Notes under the pieces: generated by a model | What the model was told of the DNA's origin: nothing | The model's input: the letters and a program-made list of their open reading frames with translations, nothing else | Database searches by the model: none | Part shown: one piece after another, positions 38,188 to 46,249 of the stretch | Layout: each line of letters begins with the position of its first letter | Numbering within the stretch: the first letter of the stretch is position 1 | Made by a program: the position numbers and the translations under genes | Source: an uncultured virus (IMG/VR IMGVR_UViG_3300020056_001325) | Lineage: Duplodnaviria > Heunggongvirae > Uroviricota > Caudoviricetes | Reading direction: 5' to 3' (one strand) | IMG/VR virus record: IMGVR_UViG_3300020056_001325 | Length of the DNA: 64,000 nucleotides

Positions 38188-38664
38188 GTGCAAGTTACCG
38201 TAGTAAATGCTAATCGCAGTCAAAAGAAATACACAGAAAGCCTAGTTCATTTCTGTGCATATATGCTTATGTCTAAGCGAATGACAAACTCACTAGAAGT
38301 TACAGTACGATACACAAAAGATATGTATGAAAAACACAACGAGTGCGGTACTTGTATGTGGGAAGATGATAATACTCGTCCTAAGGAATTTACTATAGAA
38401 ATTGACAAATCACAACCACTACGTAAAGCACTAGAATCAGTGTGTCACGAAATGGTACACGTCAAACAGTTCGCAACAGGTCAAATGAAGGATCTGATGA
38501 AAGGACGTCAATATGTTAAATTTGACGGAGTAGAATACAACCGTGACAAAATGAGTTACTGGGATTATCCATGGGAAATTGAAGCAATGGGTCGTGAAAT
38601 AGGCCTATTTGTTAGATGGGCCGAGCAAAACGATCTTGGTCACAAAGCCTGGGCAATCGAATAA
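38188..38664 (+). CDS. zincin-like metallopeptidase domain protein
   Basis: HEMVHVKQ (HExxH), YPWEIEA. Confidence 0.8.
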   Translation: MQVTVVNANRSQKKYTESLVHFCAYMLMSKRMTNSLEVTVRYTKDMYEKHNECGTCMWEDDNTRPKEFTIEIDKSQPLRKALESVCHEMVHVKQFATGQMKDLMKGRQYVKFDGVEYNRDKMSYWDYPWEIEAMGREIGLFVRWAEQNDLGHKAWAIE

Positions 38665-38693
38665 ATATACGTACATAACTAATAGAATAAAAT

Positions 38694-39260
38694 ATGCCTA
38701 CAAAATACGATAATTGGACTGCAAGTGACGCCATTGATAAAAGTCTGTTGGACAGTGATATCCATTATCTGCACGGCGACATTGCTAGTGAAAATGTAGG
38801 TGAAGCAATCAAATGGATTCTTTCTGCAAACTTAAACAAGAAACCAAAACGTACCCTTAAACTTTACATTAACACATATGGCGGAGACCTATACGAAGCA
38901 TTTGCTTTGATTGATGTAATGAAGAACAGTTATCATAACATTAGCACTATCGGTATTGGTGCTGTTATGAGTGCTGGCTTTTTAATTTTTGCTAGTGGCA
39001 AACAGGGTGAGCGTTATGTTGGTAAAAATGCAGGTTCAATGAATCATCAACATTCCGACTCAATGGAAGCCAAAGTACACGACATGAAAGCACAGATGAA
39101 AGAAAACCAAAACTGTGAAATGCGTTGTTTACAAATATTAAAAGATGCCAGCGGAATGACAATCCAAGAAGTACGTAACAAATTTATTAAGAACCCAAGT
39201 GATCAATATTACACAGCCAAACAAATGGTTGATTTAGGTATTGCAGATCACATATTTTAA
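38694..39260 (+). CDS. ClpP-like serine protease
   Basis: LYINTYGGD, GAVMSAG (Ser), MNHQ (His), DQYYTA (Asp), GIADHI. Confidence 0.88.
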   Translation: MPTKYDNWTASDAIDKSLLDSDIHYLHGDIASENVGEAIKWILSANLNKKPKRTLKLYINTYGGDLYEAFALIDVMKNSYHNISTIGIGAVMSAGFLIFASGKQGERYVGKNAGSMNHQHSDSMEAKVHDMKAQMKENQNCEMRCLQILKDASGMTIQEVRNKFIKNPSDQYYTAKQMVDLGIADHIF

Positions 39261-39271
39261 TATTTTTTTGG

Positions 39272-39300
39272 TTGACAAATATAATACTTTGTGTTATTAT
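39272..39300 (+). promoter_or_regulatory. sigma70-type promoter
   Basis: TTGACA-N17-TATTAT with upstream TG. Confidence 0.7.
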
Positions 39301-39320
39301 AACACTATAACACTTAGGTA

Positions 39321-40115
39321 ATGAGGCTTCTAATGATAGGCGATATGACAAAGAAAGAGTTCAAAACACAAGAACTAGCATTTGAACTTAGAAACGAAGG
39401 CAAGGTAAAACCCGTGGCGAATACAAAGAAAAAAGAATACGATACTCTAGAAGTATTGTCTGTTGCATTTGCAACACATCGACACAACGGTGGCTATTAT
39501 AGAGATACACGTAGGTTTTCAGAAGACAATCCTACACTTTTCTCTAATAAAGAATCAATGTTATGCCAATTAGCACCGTACGGTATGAACCCTCCGGACT
39601 TCCAGCCTATTACAGTAATTGATGAAGACCGTGAGAATGCTCGTAAAAGTGTAGAGTATTTGCACAAAGAAAACGCATTTGCCGTAATTGCTGATTCGTT
39701 AAACGACTTTATGAAGTCACTACTTGAATCTATTACTAAAAGTACTTTGAAACGTTCCGACTTTGGTGTTGTAGCAGTTCTTCCAAAAGTATATTTTGAT
39801 AGTTTCGAAAAGAAAGAACTAAAGAAAAAGATTAAAAACGACTTTAGTGAAAGTAAACACATTGGGCGTATTGGTGAACAAGTGTTTGGTATGTTTACAC
39901 TTAATGAAATTCGTTTTGTAGAACGTTTCGGTTGCCATGTATTAAATGGATCACTTGATGGTAACCTTGTCAGTTTCTTTAAAAACTTTGATCAAACTAA
40001 GCAACTGCCAAAAGTAGATACTACGTTCAAAATAAAAGGCAAAGTAAAAGGCCACGGTAAAAACTTTATTACCAAATACCCCGAAACAATGATCAATTAT
40101 GTAAAAATAGGTTGA
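39321..40115 (+). CDS. hypothetical protein with possible C-terminal OB-fold
   Basis: SKHIG...IKGKVKGH...ETMINYVK; start uncertain. Confidence 0.75.
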   Translation: MRLLMIGDMTKKEFKTQELAFELRNEGKVKPVANTKKKEYDTLEVLSVAFATHRHNGGYYRDTRRFSEDNPTLFSNKESMLCQLAPYGMNPPDFQPITVIDEDRENARKSVEYLHKENAFAVIADSLNDFMKSLLESITKSTLKRSDFGVVAVLPKVYFDSFEKKELKKKIKNDFSESKHIGRIGEQVFGMFTLNEIRFVERFGCHVLNGSLDGNLVSFFKNFDQTKQLPKVDTTFKIKGKVKGHGKNFITKYPETMINYVKIG

Positions 40116-40139
40116 CATTAAATAGTAATAGTATATAAT
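40112..40139 (+). promoter_or_regulatory. sigma70-type promoter
   Basis: TTGACA-N16-TATAAT. Confidence 0.7.
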
Positions 40140-40145
40140 TTAGTT

Positions 40146-40367
40146 ATGGAGTGTACAATGCAAGACAACCAAGAATATTTTGAACTTGGTGAAGCCATGG
40201 AAGATGATGACTGGGCACTAATTATTAGTGCTGATGGAGATTTGAAAGGCTTGTATATACCAGCAGGTAAAGAAGAAGATTTAGTTCCAGAAAGTATCGT
40301 TACAATTTGTGAAGAATACTTTGGAATTGATTTAAATGATGAAGGAGCAATGAGAACGCTCCATTAA
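40146..40367 (+). CDS. small acidic hypothetical protein
   Basis: ORF directly after promoter; ends TLH; start may be ATG 40158. Confidence 0.75.
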   Translation: MECTMQDNQEYFELGEAMEDDDWALIISADGDLKGLYIPAGKEEDLVPESIVTICEEYFGIDLNDEGAMRTLH

Positions 40368-40383
40368 CACGGAAAGGAGGAGT

Positions 40384-40581
40384 ATGCAAGTAATAGTAAA
40401 AAATAATAACGTTGAAAAAGCATTAAGACAACTTAAACGTAAAATTAAAAAAAGCGGATTACTAGTTGAACTTAAAGAACGTCAATACTATACTAAGCCA
40501 AGTGAGCAAAAAAGACTTGACAAGAAGCGTGGTATTGCTAGAGCAAACAAGGCTCGTAAAGAACGCGAAGCAAAGATGTAA
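40384..40581 (+). CDS. rpsU: ribosomal protein bS21 (copy 2)
   Basis: VIVKNNNVEKALRQLKRKIKKSGLLVELKERQYYTKPSEQKR; SD AGGAGG. Confidence 0.92.
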   Translation: MQVIVKNNNVEKALRQLKRKIKKSGLLVELKERQYYTKPSEQKRLDKKRGIARANKARKEREAKM

Positions 40582-40589
40582 GGTGTAAC

Positions 40590-41234
40590 ATGAAAGCGAA
40601 GATACTCGCAGAAAACATTGCAAAGGCTAGTGGAGGACATGGACTCAAACAAGAAGTACTAGAGTCCATTTTTACACAACACGAAGATAAACTTGAAGAA
40701 CTATGTTATACGTTCAAGAAAGTTTTCACAACTAGTGGCCTAGATGCATTTAGTACCCAAGAAATGACACTTGTTGACCCTTGGAGTTTAGAGTTTACTA
40801 AATGGCATCACATCGACGAATCTTGGAGTGCTAATTGGGGTTTTGATAAAAAAGATGCTGGTTGTTATGTTTACGGATTATATAAGGACGGTCCTCCAAC
40901 TGGTCCTGCAGACTTCCTACATGAAGGTGTAATTTATATTGGCGAAAGTAGAGCAGTAACACGTAATTGTATGCTCGGTCGCCGTACAGACTTTAAAGGC
41001 ACAGTACGAAACGAAAGGCTTTCGCCTTACGGTTGTGGTACAGCATTTAAAGAAAACTTTGATAAAGCAGATATCGATCATTGCTATCAAGCATACTTGC
41101 CAATGCATAGCAGTCAGGTCAAAGATCATGAGATGGCTTTGATGGTTAAGTACTACGAAAAGTACAATAGAATTCCTGTGTGCAATCCAGAAAGTGATTT
41201 ACGCAGGGTCAAACTGATATTAGGAATCAAATAA
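40590..41234 (+). CDS. GIY-YIG-like nuclease domain protein
   Basis: GCYVY...VIYIGES..R...HE...PVCN. Confidence 0.6.
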   Translation: MKAKILAENIAKASGGHGLKQEVLESIFTQHEDKLEELCYTFKKVFTTSGLDAFSTQEMTLVDPWSLEFTKWHHIDESWSANWGFDKKDAGCYVYGLYKDGPPTGPADFLHEGVIYIGESRAVTRNCMLGRRTDFKGTVRNERLSPYGCGTAFKENFDKADIDHCYQAYLPMHSSQVKDHEMALMVKYYEKYNRIPVCNPESDLRRVKLILGIK

Positions 41235-41668
41235 TGGAATTAATTCAAATTCAAGATGACTGGAACATTGGTCACTGTTCCGACGATCCTGTTCGAGGCC
41301 ACTTACCGTTAGCATATCGAATTAGTAATGGTAGAGAAGTTTATGCACTCGAAAACGAAGATAGTGTAATACAAGCGGTTATTTGTGTTGCCTATGCAAA
41401 CAAAGTTCCAACTAATGAACAAGAACTAACAGAGTTTAGTACAGTTGATGGTGATATTGCAATATTCTATACAGTATGGAGTTATGCAAAAGGTGCAGGG
41501 CGTGACATGGTATTACGTGCCGCGGATCATATTAAGAACACTAAGAATGTTAAACGATATGTTACTCTTAGTCCTAAGACTGAAATGGCAATGAAGTTTC
41601 ATCTACGCAATGGTGCTGAATGGGTCAGTGAAAACACTGAATCAAATAATTTCGAGTATACTGTATGA
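41234..41668 (+). CDS. GNAT-like hypothetical protein
   Basis: DDPVR, FYTVWSY.KGAGR, VTLSPKT.MA..FH..NGA. Confidence 0.7.
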   Translation: MELIQIQDDWNIGHCSDDPVRGHLPLAYRISNGREVYALENEDSVIQAVICVAYANKVPTNEQELTEFSTVDGDIAIFYTVWSYAKGAGRDMVLRAADHIKNTKNVKRYVTLSPKTEMAMKFHLRNGAEWVSENTESNNFEYTV

Positions 41669-41850
41669 CTTGGTTGTTTTGGACAGTTCCGGTTGAATTA
41701 GCCTTTGATTATCTTATTAAACTAGGATTGTTCCTAATTATTATCCCTATGCTTTTTGGAGTGATGCTTACTACTACAGGATTGTTTTTTAATTTTTTAA
41801 TAGTTGACTTTTTGATCTACTTACAATATAATAATTTAAAAAGGAGATAA
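41665..41850 (+). CDS. small membrane protein
   Basis: Highly hydrophobic 61 aa; ATGA overlap. Confidence 0.65.
   Translation: MTWLFWTVPVELAFDYLIKLGLFLIIIPMLFGVMLTTTGLFFNFLIVDFLIYLQYNNLKRR
41804..41832 (+). promoter_or_regulatory. sigma70-type promoter within upstream CDS
   Basis: TTGACT-N17-TATAAT. Confidence 0.7.
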
Positions 41851-41851
41851 C

Positions 41852-42085
41852 ATGATTAGAACAGAACATGATAAAACGTGTGTAGTAACTTGTACAGATA
41901 ATGACAAGACTATTACAGCAGATGTAGACAGATTTGAAAAAGGAAAGTTTGTCGAAGTATTCATGGTGCAAAATCAAATCAAGATGCAATGGAATGGTAA
42001 AGTTTATGTCGGAAATAAAATGGGCATGGAGTTTACAACACCTGGACCACAGGAATACAAGATCACAAATGGTCGAGGATTTTGA
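41852..42085 (+). CDS. hypothetical protein
   Basis: SD AAGGAG; 77 aa. Confidence 0.8.
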   Translation: MIRTEHDKTCVVTCTDNDKTITADVDRFEKGKFVEVFMVQNQIKMQWNGKVYVGNKMGMEFTTPGPQEYKITNGRGF

Positions 42086-42329
42086 TTTGAGTGTAAGAGA
42101 AAAAATTAAACAACGTATGGATATTCTCCAAATGTGGATGGAGGATAATTATCATTTAAAACGTCCTGAAGTTGTTGAAGAACACATTCAAACAGTAAGT
42201 AAGTTTTGGAGTGCGTTAGACGACGAAGATCGAGATTATATCGAAGGTGCTCGTTATGCTATTGAAGAACAGATGGCATGGGATATTCCAGAAGAAGATA
42301 AACTTAAAAATAAGAGGACGTTGAATTGA
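42069..42329 (+). CDS. hypothetical protein
   Basis: Start reassigned to ATG 42069 to avoid a long overlap; VSKFWSAL.DEDRDYI. Confidence 0.7.
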   Translation: MVEDFDLSVREKIKQRMDILQMWMEDNYHLKRPEVVEEHIQTVSKFWSALDDEDRDYIEGARYAIEEQMAWDIPEEDKLKNKRTLN

Positions 42330-42484
42330 GTGACGGAGGCAAAGGTAGTGGAAGAAGAAAAGGTGCAGACGATGCAAAATACGCAGAAGGATACGACAGA
42401 ATCTTTGGAAAAAAAGATCGCAGAAATGAAGGGGATTCCGACAAAGGACGATCTTCTGAAAATGCTAAGGGAAAACGTAGTTGA
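42326..42484 (+). CDS. small basic protein (52 aa) overlapping the next gene out of frame
   Basis: TTG start after SD AGAGGA: MSDGGKGSGRRKGADDAKYAEGYDRIFGKKDRRNEGDSDKGRSSENAKGKRS. Confidence 0.55.
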   Translation: MSDGGKGSGRRKGADDAKYAEGYDRIFGKKDRRNEGDSDKGRSSENAKGKRS

Positions 42485-42698
42485 AGTAACCTTTACTAAA
42501 CTAGACGGCGATAAACGTGTAATGCCTTGCACACTAATTCCTAGTATGCTACCACCCGCTAAAAAAGACGAGCCGTTAACTCAAAAGAAAGTCCGAGAAA
42601 TTTCAGATAAAGTAATTGCTGTATGGGCCACTGAATCAAAAGGTTTCCGTAGTTTCCGCTACGATCGTATTACAGCAGTTCAAATTTTGCCCGGTTAG
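42330..42698 (+). CDS. SH3/WYL-like beta-barrel phage protein
   Basis: VEVTFTKLDGDKRVMPCTL...VIAVW..GFRSFR; true start could be 42372 or 42426. Confidence 0.75.
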   Translation: MTEAKVVEEEKVQTMQNTQKDTTESLEKKIAEMKGIPTKDDLLKMLRENVVEVTFTKLDGDKRVMPCTLIPSMLPPAKKDEPLTQKKVREISDKVIAVWATESKGFRSFRYDRITAVQILPG

Positions 42699-42762
42699 TT
42701 AAATGGTATAACAGTTGATTTGTAATCATCTATTGGCAGTTCGATTCTGTCACTGGGCACCA
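42689..42762 (+). tRNA. tRNA-Thr(TGT)
   Basis: GCCCGGTTAGTTAAATGGTATAACAGTTGATTTGTAATCATCTATTGGCAGTTCGATTCTGTCACTGGGCACCA; anticodon TGT, encoded CCA. Confidence 0.88.
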
Positions 42763-42782
42763 AACATTGTATTAAATATAGT

Positions 42783-42956
42783 ATGGATCAGAACTTAATA
42801 AACGCTCTTGAAAAAAGGATTCAAGAAAAGATTAATGAACTTACTAAAATGCAAAAGCGTAATGTTAAGTTTCAGAAGCAACAGTTAGTTAAGGAAGAAA
42901 TATTTAGGTTGCAAAGGCAACTTATAAGTGCTAGAAAAAATGACAGACTTTTATAA
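42783..42956 (+). CDS. small coiled-coil protein (57 aa)
   Basis: Read manually: MDQNLINALEKRIQEKINELTKMQKRNVKFQKQQLVKEEIFRLQRQLISARKNDRLL; follows TAAATA. Confidence 0.6.
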   Translation: MDQNLINALEKRIQEKINELTKMQKRNVKFQKQQLVKEEIFRLQRQLISARKNDRLL

Positions 42957-43662
42957 CGAACATAAAGATAAAGAAATAATCTTTCCGCCTTTACCTGAGG
43001 ACGTTGACCCACATCAAGGATTTCACGTTGCTAAATGGTATTTGGAACAAATGATAAAGCAGGACATTGGATGGATTAATCTTGCTGTTCGATCTGTTAA
43101 CAGTCCAGAATTCATTCCATTAGGACAAGACTACCGAGGACGTATTGAACTAGAAAAGATTGAGCAAAAGTTTCCAGGACGAAACGAAGTGTTCTTAGCA
43201 ACCAATGGACAGTATAGACCTGCAACAACATACGAAGTTCCATACACAAGAGAATGGTGGGAAACACGTTTCCCATCTGAAAGATTTGGTTGGATTAAAT
43301 ATGAATTTTTGGATGCTGAAAGTTCAATAGAGCCAAGACAGGATAAAGAATATAATATTAACAATGCATTTGATTTTCTTGATGATGCATTACCAATTCT
43401 TTGTGCTGTTAGAATGCCTGGCAAAGATTGTAAACTAGTTGTTGAAAACTGCGGATCAATGCCAATGATTGAGGGTGGTGTGTATCTAATCAATCCTCGA
43501 TACAAATATCAAATTATTAACGAAAGTAAAACAACAAGAGCAGGATACATGACTGCTACTGCTCGTCTTGGATTAGAATTCCAACGTTTTTGCGATATGA
43601 TTGCTAGAAGTTACTTTGTTCAAGTAAACTCTAACAAGTACATTGCAGAAAGGCAGGTGTGA
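42940..43662 (+). CDS. hypothetical protein, possibly a degenerate double-stranded beta-helix hydroxylase
   Basis: IEPRQD..EGGVYLIN...IINES..TR pattern without metal-binding His residues; start 42928 or 42940. Confidence 0.65.
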   Translation: MTDFYNEHKDKEIIFPPLPEDVDPHQGFHVAKWYLEQMIKQDIGWINLAVRSVNSPEFIPLGQDYRGRIELEKIEQKFPGRNEVFLATNGQYRPATTYEVPYTREWWETRFPSERFGWIKYEFLDAESSIEPRQDKEYNINNAFDFLDDALPILCAVRMPGKDCKLVVENCGSMPMIEGGVYLINPRYKYQIINESKTTRAGYMTATARLGLEFQRFCDMIARSYFVQVNSNKYIAERQV

Positions 43663-43949
43663 GTCGTATAGGTCGTAAGGATACATTAAACTGGATCAAG
43701 AAAGACTTTAGATCAAACCCAAAACGATTTGCCTACGAAGTTGTAGGTATGGTTAGCAATTTAATTGCTAGTTTAATCTTAATGTGGTACTCACCAAACC
43801 CACCTATGTTTTGGGCCTACTTGTTTTTTATACTGGCTAGTGTATTGTTAATGACCGCCGCATATAGCCGGAAATCGTTCGGCTTCACACTAATGTATGT
43901 TATATACTTAGGAATAGATGGAATAGGGTTTATAAAAACAATAATATGA
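43659..43949 (+). CDS. three-TM membrane protein
   Basis: Hydrophobic helices; GTGA overlap. Confidence 0.75.
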   Translation: MSRIGRKDTLNWIKKDFRSNPKRFAYEVVGMVSNLIASLILMWYSPNPPMFWAYLFFILASVLLMTAAYSRKSFGFTLMYVIYLGIDGIGFIKTII

Positions 43950-44467
43950 TTACAATTAAAGAAAACTTTCTACCTCAAAAAATGATTGAAGATATTGCTC
44001 TTCATATCAAAGAAAAAATTCAAAGCAATTCATTTGCTTGGATGACAAGCCATAGTGTTGATAACATTGTTCACGAAGGCTCAACTAGTTTTAATATGAC
44101 TTTAATTGACGAGTTTAACGAAGAACTTAAAAAACTTATTGTTGAAGTAGATCCAAGATTAAAAGATTACGATTTTAAATCATACGTGTACCTTTGGAAT
44201 AGAAACAGTATGCTAGATTGGCACGATGATATGGGGTATGGTGCTAGTGCAACAGTTTATCTTAATCATGATTGGGATTTTAACGATGGTGGATTGTTTT
44301 TATATAGAGATAGCACACTAGGAAAAATTATTGCCGAAGAACCAAATTACAACAAAATGATCTTGATTAATAGAATGGAAAAGCCTGTTATGCACTCGGT
44401 TACTAGTATTACTCCGTGGGCAAAACAGACAAGAGTAACACTACAGATTAGAGCAACAAATGTATAA
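43946..44467 (+). CDS. 2OG-Fe(II) oxygenase (prolyl hydroxylase-like)
   Basis: WHDD, YLNHDW..DGGLF, HSVT, RVTLQ. Confidence 0.85.
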   Translation: MITIKENFLPQKMIEDIALHIKEKIQSNSFAWMTSHSVDNIVHEGSTSFNMTLIDEFNEELKKLIVEVDPRLKDYDFKSYVYLWNRNSMLDWHDDMGYGASATVYLNHDWDFNDGGLFLYRDSTLGKIIAEEPNYNKMILINRMEKPVMHSVTSITPWAKQTRVTLQIRATNV

Positions 44468-45059
44468 TTTAGTTCCACCATTAATTAACAGCAATCCATT
44501 TCCGCATTTTAAGTTAGACAATGTTCTAATACCAGAACAAATACAAGAATTGGCTGACTATGTGAACAAAGAGAACCCATTAGAACCCGCTGGATTTATC
44601 GAGGATGACAATGCAGTAGGCTCAAACGATACTGTTCGATCAACTGATATTAGTTGGATTGACACAAACCGTTTTCCAGAAATTTATGCAAGGTTAGGCG
44701 ATGCTGTGCATTATGCAAATAATACATTATACAAATTTGCTATTACCTATTTAGAACCTTGCCAGTATAGTGTATATACCGCAGAAAAGAAAGGTCATTA
44801 TGTAACACATTGCGATGGTGCCCTTAAAGGACAAAATGGTGATACACGAAAACTAAGTTTTAGTTTGCTATTGAACGATCCGAGTGAGTTTGAAGGTGGC
44901 GATCTAATTCTTGATGTAGACTACAAAGGTATTAACTGTGATCTACAATACAATCAAATCTGTTTCTTCCCAAGTTATTTGCCACACAAGGTAACACCTG
45001 TAACTAAAGGCATCCGAAAGTCATTAGTTGGATGGGTACATGGACCCGATTTTGTGTAA
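44460..45059 (+). CDS. 2OG-Fe(II) oxygenase (PKHD-type)
   Basis: HCD, RKLSFSLLL.DP.EFEGG, FPSYLPHKVTPVTKG.RKSLVGW. Confidence 0.9.
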   Translation: MYNLVPPLINSNPFPHFKLDNVLIPEQIQELADYVNKENPLEPAGFIEDDNAVGSNDTVRSTDISWIDTNRFPEIYARLGDAVHYANNTLYKFAITYLEPCQYSVYTAEKKGHYVTHCDGALKGQNGDTRKLSFSLLLNDPSEFEGGDLILDVDYKGINCDLQYNQICFFPSYLPHKVTPVTKGIRKSLVGWVHGPDFV

Positions 45060-45074
45060 TTGGCAAATAAGTCA

Positions 45075-45103
45075 TTGACTTTATTAAATTTTTAGTGTAT
45101 TAT
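45075..45103 (+). promoter_or_regulatory. sigma70-type promoter
   Basis: TTGACT-N17-TATTAT. Confidence 0.7.
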
Positions 45104-45167
45104 ATATAAAGAACATGGAGACTTTCCCTGTTCATTGCTAATTGAAACTTAATTAAGGAGAAAATTA

Positions 45168-45410
45168 ATGAAAACTACTATTCAAGATAGCGTATTAACT
45201 GCTTTACAAAACGGTAAAGAACTAACTTCAGAGCAAATTGCTTCTAAATTTGGTGCTGGTAACCCACAAGCAGTTATTCAATCACTAAGATTTGCAGGAT
45301 ACCCTGTGTACCTAAACACTAAAAAAGGTGTTAAGAAGTACAGATTAGGTACTCCGTCAAGAGCAGTTGTAGCCGCTGGTTACAAAGCAATGGCAAAAGG
45401 TTTAGTATAA
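45168..45410 (+). CDS. winged-helix DNA-binding protein
   Basis: LTSEQIASKFG..NPQAVIQSLR..GYPVY..YRLGTPS; own promoter and terminator. Confidence 0.8.
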   Translation: MKTTIQDSVLTALQNGKELTSEQIASKFGAGNPQAVIQSLRFAGYPVYLNTKKGVKKYRLGTPSRAVVAAGYKAMAKGLV

Positions 45411-45440
45411 TCTAAATCCTTATTTCAATCTTAAAGAAAG

Positions 45441-45468
45441 TAGGCGGCTTTATGTCGCCTATTTTTTT
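45441..45468 (+). terminator. intrinsic terminator
   Basis: TAGGCGGC-TTTAT-GTCGCCTA followed by T7. Confidence 0.85.
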
Positions 45469-45509
45469 CTCTTGACTTTCACCAAAGAATATTGTAGTAT
45501 AATAATTAC

Positions 45510-45586
45510 GCACTCGTAGTTCAGTTGGATAGAACGCCAGTTTGCGGAACTGGAGGCCAGGAGTTCGAATCTCTTCGAGTGCGCCA
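45510..45586 (+). tRNA. tRNA-Arg(GCG)
   Basis: GCACTCGTAGTTCAGTTGGATAGAACGCCAGTTTGCGGAACTGGAGGCCAGGAGTTCGAATCTCTTCGAGTGCGCCA; stem CCAGT/ACTGG, loop TT-GCG-GA; TTGACT-N17-TAGTAT upstream. Confidence 0.92.
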
Positions 45587-45614
45587 AATAAGTAATTAGT
45601 GGATGGAGTAGTTA

Positions 45615-46187
45615 ATGAACACTAATGAATTAGCAGATTGGCTTAGATCAAATATAGAGTGGAGTAGGTTTTGCACACTTGTTTCAACAGTCGGTGATGA
45701 ACTAAATGAACGTAAGTTACGTTTTGATAAAAGCGACTTGTTTGAAAAATCGTTAGAAAAATTCAGCAATGGTCAAATGCGTTATATTAATGTTGAAGGT
45801 ATTGATCATGTATTGCCCGACGGTACAACAGTTGAAATGAAATACACACAAGATTGTTTGTTTACCAGCAAAACACAGAAACAAAAAAAGCACGTATCAG
45901 ATCTACAACTTATGAATAGCAGAGGATCAAGTGAGGGTAGAGATTTACCAGAAAGTTATGCAGACTTCTTGCTTATATGCGATAATAATAGTGCCGCAGT
46001 AATTGATAAACAAACACTAACCAAATACTGTATATCTGCAGGTGACGGACTTAAAACTAGTAAATTACCAAGTTCAATTATTACGTATGTGTTTTTGCCA
46101 AGTGATATCCAAATTCAAAATGTAGAAGTAGAATCCTACAAAGAGGCTAAAATAAAAATGCAAGAACAATTTTTGGATAATTTTTAG
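45615..46187 (+). CDS. restriction-endonuclease-like PD-(D/E)XK protein
   Basis: FEKSLE...GIDHV..TVEMKY. Confidence 0.55.
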   Translation: MNTNELADWLRSNIEWSRFCTLVSTVGDELNERKLRFDKSDLFEKSLEKFSNGQMRYINVEGIDHVLPDGTTVEMKYTQDCLFTSKTQKQKKHVSDLQLMNSRGSSEGRDLPESYADFLLICDNNSAAVIDKQTLTKYCISAGDGLKTSKLPSSIITYVFLPSDIQIQNVEVESYKEAKIKMQEQFLDNF

Positions 46188-46216
46188 TTGACTTTTAGAT
46201 GTGTTTAATATATAAT
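46188..46216 (+). promoter_or_regulatory. sigma70-type promoter
   Basis: TTGACT-N17-TATAAT. Confidence 0.75.
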
Positions 46217-46249
46217 ATAAACTATTAATAAGGCAACTGAGAGGCAAGT

